Assembly: GCA_963737905.1 (NCBI GenBank)
Contig: CAVTUQ010000027.1
Span: forward strand, 1-64,000
Reading direction: 5' to 3'
Length of the DNA: 64,000 nt
Source: an uncultured delta proteobacterium
GTDB lineage: Bacteria > Desulfobacterota > Binatia > UBA9968
Position 1 is the stretch's first letter. Each line of letters opens with the position of its first letter. This document shows, piece after piece, positions 39,345 through 48,478 of the stretch. A program made the translations under genes and the position numbers. The notes beneath the pieces are model-generated. The model had not been told where the DNA came from, made no database searches, and saw nothing but the letters and a program-made list of their open reading frames with translations.

Positions 39345-40355
39345 ATGACGGAAAAACCACTGGAACAGATGGGGCTTCGAGAACTGCGGGCGATCGCACG
39401 CCGGCAGATGCCGGCCGAGGCGTGGCACCACTTCAACGGCGCGGCGGAGACCAAGGCGACGTTTCACAGAAATCCGCGATCTTTTCAAAGATATCTCTTC
39501 CGGCAGCGAGTGTTCCACGACATCGCCGATCCGGATATCACCACCGAGCTCTTCGGCTACAAGCTGCCTATCCCGGCTGCCGTCGCGCCGGTGGGAAGTT
39601 TCAGCCTGATCGGCGATCAGAAGGAACGGGAAGTGGCCGAGGGCGCAGGTCGCGTCGGGGCGATGGTGTTTTGCAGTCAGGCAGCCAAATTCAATCCGAA
39701 GAATTGGCGCGACGCAACGAAGTCGCCGCTGGTTTTTATGGCCTATATGAACCGTGGGCGAGAAGAGGTTTCTGCCTATGCAAAGCTCTCCCAAGACTTG
39801 GGCTTTGCTGCGGTCGGCATAACCATGGACACGGTGCGGCCGGTAAAGATCGGCGATGAGGTTCCGCTCTCAACCAAAGACGGTAAACCCCGGCGAGGCC
39901 ACGCCGCGTCGCCGAAGGACATCGAGTGGATGAAGCAACAAGTTTCGTTGCCGGTGGTGATTAAAGGAATGATGAGCGCTGAGGACGCTCGCACGGCCGT
40001 CAATGCCGGTGCCGATGCCGTATTGGTCTCCAATCACGGCGGGAGGATTCTCGATTTCAATCGTGCCGCTCTGGAAGCCCTTCCTGAGGTCGTCGATGCC
40101 GTGGGCGCCAAGGTCCCGGTGCTGCTGGACAGCGGCATACGCAGCGGCGGCGACATCGTCAAAGCTCTGGCCTTGGGCGCGAAGGCCGTGCTTGCGGGCC
40201 GCCCGGTTGCGTGGGGCGTCAGCGCCTTCGGTCCCCGCGGCGTCGAGCGCGTGTTTGCCATTTTCAGTGAAGAGATGAAACGGGTACTCTGTATGACCGG
40301 TGTGCCGAACGTCGGCGCCATCACCCAATCGATTTTGATTCGGGACGAAAATTAA
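39345..40355 (+). CDS. FMN-dependent alpha-hydroxy acid dehydrogenase
   Basis: SNHGGR and DSGIRSGGDIVKALALGA. Confidence 0.92.
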   Translation: MTEKPLEQMGLRELRAIARRQMPAEAWHHFNGAAETKATFHRNPRSFQRYLFRQRVFHDIADPDITTELFGYKLPIPAAVAPVGSFSLIGDQKEREVAEGAGRVGAMVFCSQAAKFNPKNWRDATKSPLVFMAYMNRGREEVSAYAKLSQDLGFAAVGITMDTVRPVKIGDEVPLSTKDGKPRRGHAASPKDIEWMKQQVSLPVVIKGMMSAEDARTAVNAGADAVLVSNHGGRILDFNRAALEALPEVVDAVGAKVPVLLDSGIRSGGDIVKALALGAKAVLAGRPVAWGVSAFGPRGVERVFAIFSEEMKRVLCMTGVPNVGAITQSILIRDEN

Positions 40356-40356
40356 C

Positions 40357-40385
40357 AGCAGGGGCGACCGGCCGGTCGCCCCTAC
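40357..40385. repeat. GTAG-type REP palindrome between convergent genes; possible terminator
   Basis: aggggcgaccggccggtcgcccct is a perfect palindrome; reads GTAG.. on the minus strand. Confidence 0.75.
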
Positions 40386-40387
40386 GC

Positions 40388-40768
40388 TTACATGAGAGCC
40401 ACCAAATCGATCTCGATCAGAGCGCCCCGAGGCAGTTCAGCAACCGCGACTGTGGAGCGTGCCGGCTTGGCGCCGCCGAGATATTGAGCGTAGACATCGT
40501 TCATCGGTGCGAAGTCTGCCATATTCTTTAGAAACACGGTCGCTTTGACGACGCGGTCGAGGGATGATCCTGCGGCTTCCAAGACGGCCTTGAGATTCTC
40601 CAGCACCTGTCGGGTTTGGGCGGCAATGCCGCCCTCGACGAAGTTGCCGGTTTTCGGGTCGATGGGTATCTGTCCCGCCGTGTAGACGAAGCCGTTGGCT
40701 TTGATGGCCTGTTGATACGGCCCGATGGCTTTCGGTGCGCTATCGGTTTGCACTGGCTCTCTGTTCAT
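40388..40768 (-). CDS. ridA: RidA family enamine deaminase
   Basis: [11 protein letters not shown] and [12 protein letters not shown]. Confidence 0.92.
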   Translation of the reverse strand: MNREPVQTDSAPKAIGPYQQAIKANGFVYTAGQIPIDPKTGNFVEGGIAAQTRQVLENLKAVLEAAGSSLDRVVKATVFLKNMADFAPMNDVYAQYLGGAKPARSTVAVAELPRGALIEIDLVALM

Positions 40769-40901
40769 CTTGTAATCTCCTTAGTTGATAGAATCTGTTC
40801 GCGCGGATTCTACATCACGAGTCCAGGACTCACAACGTATCCTAAGTTTCTTGCGCTGAAAGGTTTGTCTATGATTGACTAACAGCATAGACAAATTACT
40901 T

Positions 40902-41093
40902 ATGAAACTGTTAACCGCGCACAAGATTTTGATATCCACGGCCACGATCTTTTTTTTCTTCTTTGGACTGTGGGAACTGCGGAACTATTTCGATACCGGG
41001 GAGGCGTGGGCAGTGTTTCGGGCTGCGCTCTATCTATTGGTTGCGGTGGGATTCGGGGTCTATTTTAAAAAACTGGATCGGCTGTACAAATAA
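40902..41093 (+). CDS. Small two-TM membrane protein
   Basis: Two hydrophobic helices, upstream of the HNH gene. Confidence 0.6.
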   Translation: MKLLTAHKILISTATIFFFFFGLWELRNYFDTGEAWAVFRAALYLLVAVGFGVYFKKLDRLYK

Positions 41094-41105
41094 GCGAAGC
41101 CGAAA

Positions 41106-41378
41106 ATGGAATCCATCCCTTTTCTCGTAGAAGTTAGCGAGGAGGAAGTTCGCCGGGAGCGGCGAAAGGCGCGGGAGCTGCGCGCCAGCCAATGGTGGAA
41201 GCGCAAGCTTGCTATCGGCACATGCCATCACTGCGGCGGAAAATTTCCGCCACGGGAGTTGTCGATGGACCACCTGGTTCCGATCATTCGCGGTGGCAAG
41301 TCGACAAAAGGAAATCTAGTGCCGAGCTGCAAGAAATGCAATTCGGAGCGAAAATATCGACTGCCGTTCGAAAAGTGA
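41106..41378 (+). CDS. HNH endonuclease family protein
   Basis: CHHC..MDHLVP..GGKS..NLVPSCKKCN. Confidence 0.9.
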   Translation: MESIPFLVEVSEEEVRRERRKARELRASQWWKRKLAIGTCHHCGGKFPPRELSMDHLVPIIRGGKSTKGNLVPSCKKCNSERKYRLPFEK

Positions 41379-41382
41379 AGCT

Positions 41383-41428
41383 GTTCAAGTCGTTCAATAC
41401 GTTCAAACAGTTCAAAACGTTGGAAAAC
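41383..41428. repeat. 9-nt periodic GTTCAA repeat
   Basis: gttcaagtc gttcaatac gttcaaaca gttcaaaac. Confidence 0.75.
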
Positions 41429-41567
41429 GGCACCAAAATGGAGGCGTGGCGCGATGCAATAATGTGTTTAAGACCCAATACTCCATACTCCGCTACTCCA
41501 TATTCCCAGAGCAGCTATTGCCCCAGGCTCGTCGTTTGAAATAATATCGTTATGTCAGGAGGTGGCC

Positions 41568-42299
41568 ATGTCTATCGAGACTTTTCTGGTTCGGACCATG
41601 TCCGATACGGTCGAAACCGATATCCAAAGAGTCTTTACGATCGCCAACGAAATTCTGCCACGCTATGAGATGCCGCCACTTTCGTTCGCGGAGCTGCGGA
41701 AAATCGCCGACGGTCCATTCGATTTGTTTCTTATTCCGCTGATCTTTGCCAAGGAATATCAGAAGGACCGCAATCTGCCTTTCAATGAAGCGAAGCGGGT
41801 GGAGATCAGAACCCACGCTTTGGAGATCGCGCGCAAGCATGGCTTCGATGTGAATCCGCCGGATTTCATTTCTGGCATCGAGCATTCCCTGAAATCGACC
41901 AAAGACGCCGGTCTCCGCAACGTGCTCATGACCACCGGCGGCAGGCGCTACAAACATCAGGCGATGGAAAAGGCCGGCCTCGGGGGTTACTTCGACGAAA
42001 TCGTCGATCGGGATGAAACCTATTACGCCAAAGAGCAGGGACTCTATTATCTTTACCGCAAGCACAAGGCGAGACTCCGCATCATCCTTCTCTCCGGCAC
42101 GGCCACCTACATCCGGGCCGGCAACAACGCCCACGGCTGCAAAGTCGGCGGCACAGACCTAGAGGTCGTCACCGTCGCTCTCTCCACGGAACATTCTTAC
42201 AATGACGAGGAGACCCTACGGGCTGCCCAACCGAAAATTCTCGTTCGCAGCTTCAACGAGCTCTCGCCCGCACTGAAGGAACAGGGCCTGGTCGATTAA
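41568..42299 (+). CDS. Degenerate HAD-like protein
   Basis: GLGGYFDEIV and LRAAQPKILV resemble HAD; the DxD and GD motifs are absent. Confidence 0.6.
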   Translation: MSIETFLVRTMSDTVETDIQRVFTIANEILPRYEMPPLSFAELRKIADGPFDLFLIPLIFAKEYQKDRNLPFNEAKRVEIRTHALEIARKHGFDVNPPDFISGIEHSLKSTKDAGLRNVLMTTGGRRYKHQAMEKAGLGGYFDEIVDRDETYYAKEQGLYYLYRKHKARLRIILLSGTATYIRAGNNAHGCKVGGTDLEVVTVALSTEHSYNDEETLRAAQPKILVRSFNELSPALKEQGLVD

Positions 42300-42311
42300 T
42301 CCGTAAGGCGA

Positions 42312-42815
42312 TCAAGGCTCAACTCTTGCGTACTGGGAAATCGTATTGACGAAGTCGTCCGGTCGTTCGGGGGAGATCACTATCACGGAGGATGGAAAAC
42401 GTAGCACCACCGCGCGACGTCGATCGGTCATGAACGCGCGGTAGGAGCCCAAGTCTTTATTGCGAAAATAACCGGTGAAAGAAAAAAAACCGCCGTTGCC
42501 GAACGTGCGAATGCTCCGATGGGTAGCGGCGGGATCGAATTTGACGGAGCGGAGTTCGCGGAGCGAGACGCGCGTTTTCCAGAACAGCCGGTCGATTAAA
42601 AGGGTGCCGTTTGCAATCGAGTAGCCACGAACCGTAAATAACGCGCAGGTCAAAATGACCGCCAACGGTAGTAGGCCGAGCCAAAAACGCAACGGCTTCA
42701 AAGCACCGTCCATAGGAAGGGTCCACATACCGTAGGTTACGCCCAGGCATACAAGCGCGGCAAATGTAGAAGCCACGATCAGCGATTTGCTCCAGGGTGC
42801 GCGATAATAGTTCAT
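42312..42815 (-). CDS. Bacterial PH-domain membrane protein
   Basis: Two TMs followed by RTFGNGGFFSFTGYF. Confidence 0.8.
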   Translation of the reverse strand: MNYYRAPWSKSLIVASTFAALVCLGVTYGMWTLPMDGALKPLRFWLGLLPLAVILTCALFTVRGYSIANGTLLIDRLFWKTRVSLRELRSVKFDPAATHRSIRTFGNGGFFSFTGYFRNKDLGSYRAFMTDRRRAVVLRFPSSVIVISPERPDDFVNTISQYARVEP

Positions 42816-42953
42816 GGGGCGGAACAAAAGGAAATTTAAGTTTTGGCACTAAGTCGCGACGATTTCACGGTACGACAGGGATCGCGACAATGTGTGAACG
42901 CAAAGCTTGCCCAACTTGACGACGTTCGCAGGCGAGGTTGTTTAGCCGTCGTA

Positions 42954-43187
42954 TCAAGACGCTTTTAATAACGCCTGCTGAACAGAAGGTGGAAAATCTA
43001 CGAATACAAAGTAGTTGGTGGGATAGAGATAATCTTCGCCCTCGTTGTCGACAACTCGAACATAGCGCGATTTGGCAGCACTCTCGTCTGGCAGGACTTC
43101 GTAGACGCGGCGAGGTGTCAGCAAATCAACATCGTCACTCCGAATGCAAATAGCAAACTGTCGTTTGGGTTTCGGTCGGGTTGGCAT
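42954..43187 (-). CDS. Small conserved protein (DxxGEDYLYP motif)
   Basis: YEVLPD..RVVDNEGEDYLYP. Confidence 0.75.
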   Translation of the reverse strand: MPTRPKPKRQFAICIRSDDVDLLTPRRVYEVLPDESAAKSRYVRVVDNEGEDYLYPTNYFVFVDFPPSVQQALLKAS

Positions 43188-43192
43188 AACAT

Positions 43193-43426
43193 TCAATCCA
43201 GGAATTGTTTTATGCGGATTTTCCTTTTTCCTATTCCATGTGCTTCAAATCAGTGTGCCTCGGCTCTCCGCATCGTTCCATCAAAAAGGCGTACTGTTGC
43301 TCTTCCTTTTAGTTTCCGCCATCGTCCTCTTCCGTACCGCTTCCGCAGAACGGGCAAGATTCGAATTTGGGTGCCGATCGCAATGGGTTCAATGTCGGTA
43401 ATCTTACCGACAATCTCGAAGTGCAT
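43193..43426 (-). pseudogene. Small basic protein (WRKxKG..H*FEAHGIG) with an internal TGA
   Basis: Manual translation: MHFEIVGKITDIEPIAIG...RWRKLKG...AEAH*FEAHGIGK; TGA at 43250-43252. Confidence 0.75.
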
Positions 43427-43632
43427 CCGAGCGACACTATGTCAAACATCGGCAAAGAAACCAAGCCTCCAACGGCATGTCCCTCAGTTGGTCGTCCTTG
43501 ATCAAACCGGTCATCACGCCGTTGTCAATTCCGAATTGATCCGCCGGACCAACTTCTCTTCCGTCTTGAGTCGAAGGTTTCAATAAGTTTGTGCTTTGCT
43601 ATAGACTGATTATAGAGGAATTCGGAGAATTT

Positions 43633-44190
43633 ATGGACGTGCCGAAATCGTTTCTAACGGGGACTGTTGTTGTAAAAATCGGCGATATCACCAAGGAAGC
43701 TGTGGACGCCATTGTCAACGCGGCGAATGGAACTTTAATGGGTGGAGGCGGCGTGGACGGGGCGATTCATCGGGCGGGAGGGCCGGAAATATTGAAAGAG
43801 TGCAAAGAGATTCGGCGGGTTCAGTATCCCGATGGTTTACCGACGGGACAGGCGGTGATCACGACGGCGGGGAGGATGCCGGCCAAGCACGTCATTCATA
43901 CCGTGGGACCTGTGTATGGGACGCGGAGGAAACGATAAGGCGGAGCTTTTAGGTGCTTGTTACCACAACTCGTTGACTCTCGCTGCAGACAAAGGGCTCA
44001 GAACGATCGCCTTCCCGGCGATCTCGACCGGCATATATGGTTATCCGTTGCATGAAGCGGCGCAGGTATCATCGCAAGCGATTCAAAAATTTGTCAGTTT
44101 CGAATGCTGTTGCTTCAGGAGATCCGACTGGTCTTTTTCAGTCCGACCGACGCCGACACCTTCTTGAAAAACCACGTCTTCACAGAGTAA
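43633..44190 (+). pseudogene. Macro domain O-acetyl-ADP-ribose deacetylase (YmdB-like), frameshifted
   Basis: [15 protein letters not shown] and AFPAISTGIYGYP lie in different frames. Confidence 0.88.
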
Positions 44191-44224
44191 GGATAATGAT
44201 AGGAACTCATTAACGCTTCTCGTT

Positions 44225-45646
44225 ATGACTGATTCATCAAAGGCAGTGCGTGTTGGTATCGAAGGCGTTTTCTATTCCTTGACGCATGTGCCTGATCTCG
44301 TCCGTTATGGTTCCAAACCATCGACGCGAGCTTCAGGGCCAATCGCGACACTCGAACAACAGTTAAAAACCAGCTCAGGAGTTTCAACGCGGCCACGGCT
44401 TATGCGCCCCATCAAGTTTACATCGGCAACATTACGCCCTCCGAGCTGAGCAATCTTCCGAAGCCCTGGTACGACAAACTCATCGAAGGGGCTACTAGCG
44501 ATGGGCGTTTTGGCGACCTGGTGGATCAGGACCGGTTTTACGGCCAGCTTGCGGGAGCCGATCAGTTCAATCTCGTCACCCTCGAAGAAAAATGGTTTAA
44601 GGAGCATGCGGCAAAGCATGCCCACGGGAAACCGCCACGCGTGCGGCCGTTGATGGAAATCAAAGCGCTCTGCGAGAAGGGTGCGCTGGCGCTTTATTCC
44701 AGTGAGAGATTGGTGGGTGCTTTCGAGCCGGGTCATGCCGAAGACGCGAGTCTTACCGCCGATGTTTTGCTGGAAAATCTCGCCGCGAAGGTTACCGCGG
44801 CTCATTCGCTTGGTTCCTTGCTGAATGCTCTCAAGCTGGGTCCGGAAGAAATCGATTTCGTCATTAGTTGCTCGGAAGAAGCGGTGGGCGACCGTTATAA
44901 TCGCGGTGGAGGGAATCTTGCCAAGGCTGTCGCTGAAGACGTCGGCTGCGCGAACGCCTCCGGTTCGGACGTCAAAGCCTTCTGCGCCGGGCCGATGTAC
45001 GGGATAGTTCACGGCGCCAGTCTGATCCAGTCGGGCATTTGTAAAAAGGTTGCCGTGGTGGCCGGCGGATCGCTGGCCAAGCTTGGCATGAAGTTCGAGT
45101 CGCATCTCAAGAAAGGCATGCCGGTTTTAGAAGATGTGCTGGGGAGTTTTGCCGTGATCTTAAGCGCGGCGAAGACGGGCGCGCCTTGTGTGCGATTGGA
45201 TTCTGCGGCCTTTCACCCGGTTCGGGCAGGCGCGTCGCCGCAGGCGATGGCGGAATGTCTTGCCGAAAAACCGCTTGCAAAGCTGGGAATGAAACTCACC
45301 GACGTGGACCGCTACGCCGTCGAGTTGCACAATCCTGAAATCACCGTGCCCTCGGGCAGTGGCGACGTGCCCAGGACGAATTATCTGACATTAGCCGCGC
45401 TGGCAGTCATGCGTGGACAGATCAAGAAGGATCAGATGGAGGATTTTGTCCGGACGCGCGGCATGGTAGGCTATGCGCCGACGCAGGGGCATATTCCCTC
45501 GGCGATTGTTTACTTGGGGCACGCGCTGGATGCGCTGCAGAAACAATGAGATCAAGAATGCGCTATTTATTTCCAAAGGAAGTCTCTTTCTCGGCCGCAT
45601 GACGCAGCTCTCCGACGGCTGCTCGTTTTTAGTCGAAAAGAGTTAG
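44225..45646 (+). pseudogene. grdC: Glycine/sarcosine/betaine reductase component C beta subunit, frameshifted
   Basis: HVPDLVRYGS, CSEEAVGD, GGGNLAKA, FCAGP, PTQGHIPS; C-terminal KGSLFLGRMTQLSDG is in a shifted frame ending at TAG 45646. Confidence 0.85.
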
Positions 45647-45662
45647 AAACAACGGAGGTCGA

Positions 45663-46118
45663 ATGCTCAACGGGAAGAAAGTCATCGCCATCGGCGAGCG
45701 GGACGGCGTGCCCGGACCGGTAATCGCCGAGTGTCTCGAAGGGGCCGGCATAGAGGTCGTCTTTCAAGTCACAGAGTGTTTTGTTTGAACTGCCGCGGGC
45801 GCGATGAACTTCGAGAATCAGGGAGTCATCAAACGCCTGGCGGACCAGTATGGTCCGGAAAATCTAGCGGTGGTTTTGGGCAACGGTGAAGCCAGCGGCG
45901 TCGAAGTTTTCGCTGAGACGGTGACCGAAGGGGACCCGAGCTATGCCGGGCCGCTTGCAGGGGTGTCTTTGAAGATTCCGGTCTACCATGTTCTGGAGGA
46001 GGAGGTGATGGCAGTGGTGCCGGAAGCGATGCGGGAGGAAAAGTTGCAGCTTTCGTCGCTGGTCATCGACGTGGAGCCGATGCGGCAGGTTTTACAGGCG
46101 GCGAGAGAAAAGCTCTAA
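45663..46118 (+). CDS. grdA: Glycine/sarcosine/betaine reductase selenoprotein A (Sec at TGA 45786-45788)
   Basis: GERDGVPGP...[17 protein letters not shown] and [17 protein letters not shown]. Confidence 0.93.
45798..45837 (+). promoter_or_regulatory. Candidate bacterial SECIS hairpin
   Basis: gatga(a)cttc ... ggagtcatc stem with outer ggcg/cgcc, just 3' of the UGA. Confidence 0.5.
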
Positions 46119-46131
46119 CCACGCGAAAACC

Positions 46132-46221
46132 CGTTCAAGCCGTTCAAAACGTTCCAGGCGTTCAAGTCGACGGATTCCTTTACGATTTGAACGAATTGAA
46201 CTGCTTGAACGATTTGAACTA
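46132..46221. repeat. 9-nt periodic inverted repeat between convergent genes
   Basis: Four cgttcaa-like units, then four ttgaac units. Confidence 0.75.
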
Positions 46222-47208
46222 CTTTCGATACAGCCCTTTGATAAATCCTGAGTCTTCGAGCTCCTTCACGAACCGCAAATCCACATAGTCTTTGACGTTT
46301 GCCTGTGCCGCCTTGGGGTTCGTTGCAGCCATGTCCTGCAAAACGAGCTGATAACCTTCAGGCGGCGGATAGGGCGCTTCCGGGATGAAGCGCGCGTGCC
46401 AGTCCCAAGCTTCCTCCAGGACTTTGCGATCATCCAGGCGAGAATATTTTCTCATGATCTTCATCGTCTCTTCTTTATGGGTTTTGTAGTAGTGGATCGC
46501 CTCGGTGTAAGCACGCATATAACGCCGGACCATATCCGGATTTTCTCGGATCAGCTTGGTCGAAGTGTAGACTCCGTTCTGGGGAAAAGGAATTTGCAGG
46601 CTGGCCATGTCGACGACCATGGGATATCCGAGCTTTTCAGCCTGCGCCTTGCCTGCTTCGGTCACTACCGTGAATTGAACGATGCCTTTTTGCAACGCCA
46701 CCATGCGCTCGGTGCTGCCGCCGATCACCCGTAGGGTAACGTCCTTGTTCGGTTCGAGGCCGATTTTTTTGAGGCCCACTTTGAGTGCGAATTCAGCCGT
46801 GGTTCCGGCGATATGGGTTCCGCCAATCTTCCCACGCAGATCTTCTGCTCTTTTGATGCTCGGGTTTGCAACCAGATAATAAGGCAACACATTGACATTC
46901 CCGGCAATGGCGACGACGTCGCCCCCGGCAAGCCGTGCGCTCGTCAGGCCCGGTCCTCCGCCTTCACCAATGGGAATCTCTCCAGCGAGGATGGCCTGAA
47001 TGCCGCGAACACTGCCCGATATGAAAATGACCGTTGCATCAAGGCCATGCTTGTCGAAGATTCGCGTCTCTTTGGCGACCTGAATCACGGTCGATGAGCC
47101 GGGGCTGGTGGAGATGTAAGCGGTATTGATTCTATCTGCCGCGGCCAGAAGCGTTGTTGCGGAAAAGATAACGATCAGCAAAGTCAATGCATTGGCGATC
47201 CATTTCAT
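46219..47208 (-). CDS. NitT/TauT ABC SBP
   Basis: FDKHGLD and EDLRGK; signal peptide. Confidence 0.88.
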   Translation of the reverse strand: MKWIANALTLLIVIFSATTLLAAADRINTAYISTSPGSSTVIQVAKETRIFDKHGLDATVIFISGSVRGIQAILAGEIPIGEGGGPGLTSARLAGGDVVAIAGNVNVLPYYLVANPSIKRAEDLRGKIGGTHIAGTTAEFALKVGLKKIGLEPNKDVTLRVIGGSTERMVALQKGIVQFTVVTEAGKAQAEKLGYPMVVDMASLQIPFPQNGVYTSTKLIRENPDMVRRYMRAYTEAIHYYKTHKEETMKIMRKYSRLDDRKVLEEAWDWHARFIPEAPYPPPEGYQLVLQDMAATNPKAAQANVKDYVDLRFVKELEDSGFIKGLYRK

Positions 47209-47362
47209 AGGCTAACCTCCCAAATCGAGGGCGAAGATAACGATTAACGTCGCATCAGCCTATACCATTTTCATCAAGGCGGGGAAAGCATAATTGACAG
47301 GGAGGGGTCTGAAGTCTATCTTTTAGCAGAGTGCCGACAAACACTGCTGGAGAGATCGAAGG

Positions 47363-48013
47363 TTGACGAAACGACCCATTGATCTGGTGATGTTCGATTT
47401 GGACGGTACGCTCGCCGATACCGGGCAGGATTTAGCCGATTCGGTCAATCACACGCGGGATTACTTCAATCTCGGGCCATTGCCGGAAGCACTGGTCTAT
47501 ACGCACGTGGGCCGCGGCGTAGAACATCTCCTAAGACACTCGCTGCCCGAGGATAGTGTCGATCACTTTCAAGAGGTCATGCGGGTTTTTCTCGCGCGCT
47601 ATGAAAACCACCTTCTTGACAAGACGATTTTGTATCCCGGCGTTCATGAGGTCCTCGATTACTTTCGAGCCAAGCGCAGGGTCGTCGTGAGCAACAAAAT
47701 GCATCGACTCACGGTGGCGGTGCTGCGTGGTTTGGGTGTCGAGAAGAAATTCGACGCGATTTTGGGGGGCGACAGCGCGGCGGAGAAAAAACCCCATCCC
47801 GCCTTGATTCATGACGTGCTCAGCCGTTTTCAAATAGCACCTGCTCATGGTTTGATCGTTGGAGACGGCGACACGGACGTGGAGGCGGGTAAGAGGGCCG
47901 GAGTTGTTACCTGTGGCGTCACTTACGGCCTAGGGAGTAAGGAAGACCTGGTCGCGGCGAAACCCGATATCCTCATCGACGATCTTGCGGACCTGCCGCG
48001 TCACTTCTGTTAA
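47363..48013 (+). CDS. HAD phosphatase (phosphoglycolate phosphatase-like)
   Basis: FDLDGTL, KKPHP and VGDGDTD. Confidence 0.9.
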   Translation: MTKRPIDLVMFDLDGTLADTGQDLADSVNHTRDYFNLGPLPEALVYTHVGRGVEHLLRHSLPEDSVDHFQEVMRVFLARYENHLLDKTILYPGVHEVLDYFRAKRRVVVSNKMHRLTVAVLRGLGVEKKFDAILGGDSAAEKKPHPALIHDVLSRFQIAPAHGLIVGDGDTDVEAGKRAGVVTCGVTYGLGSKEDLVAAKPDILIDDLADLPRHFC

Positions 48014-48047
48014 GCAAGAGGATTTGATATCGAAGGAGGTTATTCTT

Positions 48048-48446
48048 ATGGCAGCTACGATTCCAGACAAGTACAAAGATCTGTTCAACAAAGTTGCGTT
48101 TGCGCATCTTGCGACTTTGATGTCGGATGGGCGTCCTCAGGTTTCGCCGGTTTGGTTTGATCTTGACGGATCTCATATCAGAGTCAACTCGGCCAAAGGG
48201 CGGGTGAAGGACAAAAACATGCGGCGAAACAAGAAAGTCGCCCTCTCCATCGTCGATCCGGATAATCCCTATCGCCATCTGGACGTGCAAGGTGAGGTGG
48301 TGGACATTACCGAGCAGGGCGCGGACGAGCACATTAATGCGCTCGCCAAAAAATATTTGGGGAAGGATCAATATCCCTTTCGTCAGCCGGGAGAAGTGCG
48401 AGTGATTTACAAGATCCGGCCGGACCGCGTTACTCAAATGGGCTAA
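48048..48446 (+). CDS. PPOX-class putative F420-dependent oxidoreductase
   Basis: LATLMSDGRPQVSPVW and KDKNMRRN. Confidence 0.88.
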   Translation: MAATIPDKYKDLFNKVAFAHLATLMSDGRPQVSPVWFDLDGSHIRVNSAKGRVKDKNMRRNKKVALSIVDPDNPYRHLDVQGEVVDITEQGADEHINALAKKYLGKDQYPFRQPGEVRVIYKIRPDRVTQMG

Positions 48447-48478
48447 GAAACGGCTCCTCCGCTGGGGCGCGGGAGACC

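Noticed and set aside
43250-43252. Selenocysteine or genetic-code reassignment at this TGA
   Set aside because: The position appears to correspond to Trp rather than Cys, and TGA is a normal stop throughout the window.
5620-45646. Programmed frameshifting or mass pseudogenisation
   Set aside because: 1-nt indels also hit unrelated genes (amidohydrolase, macro domain, grdC), often in short runs. Long-read consensus error is simpler, and reads are needed to decide.
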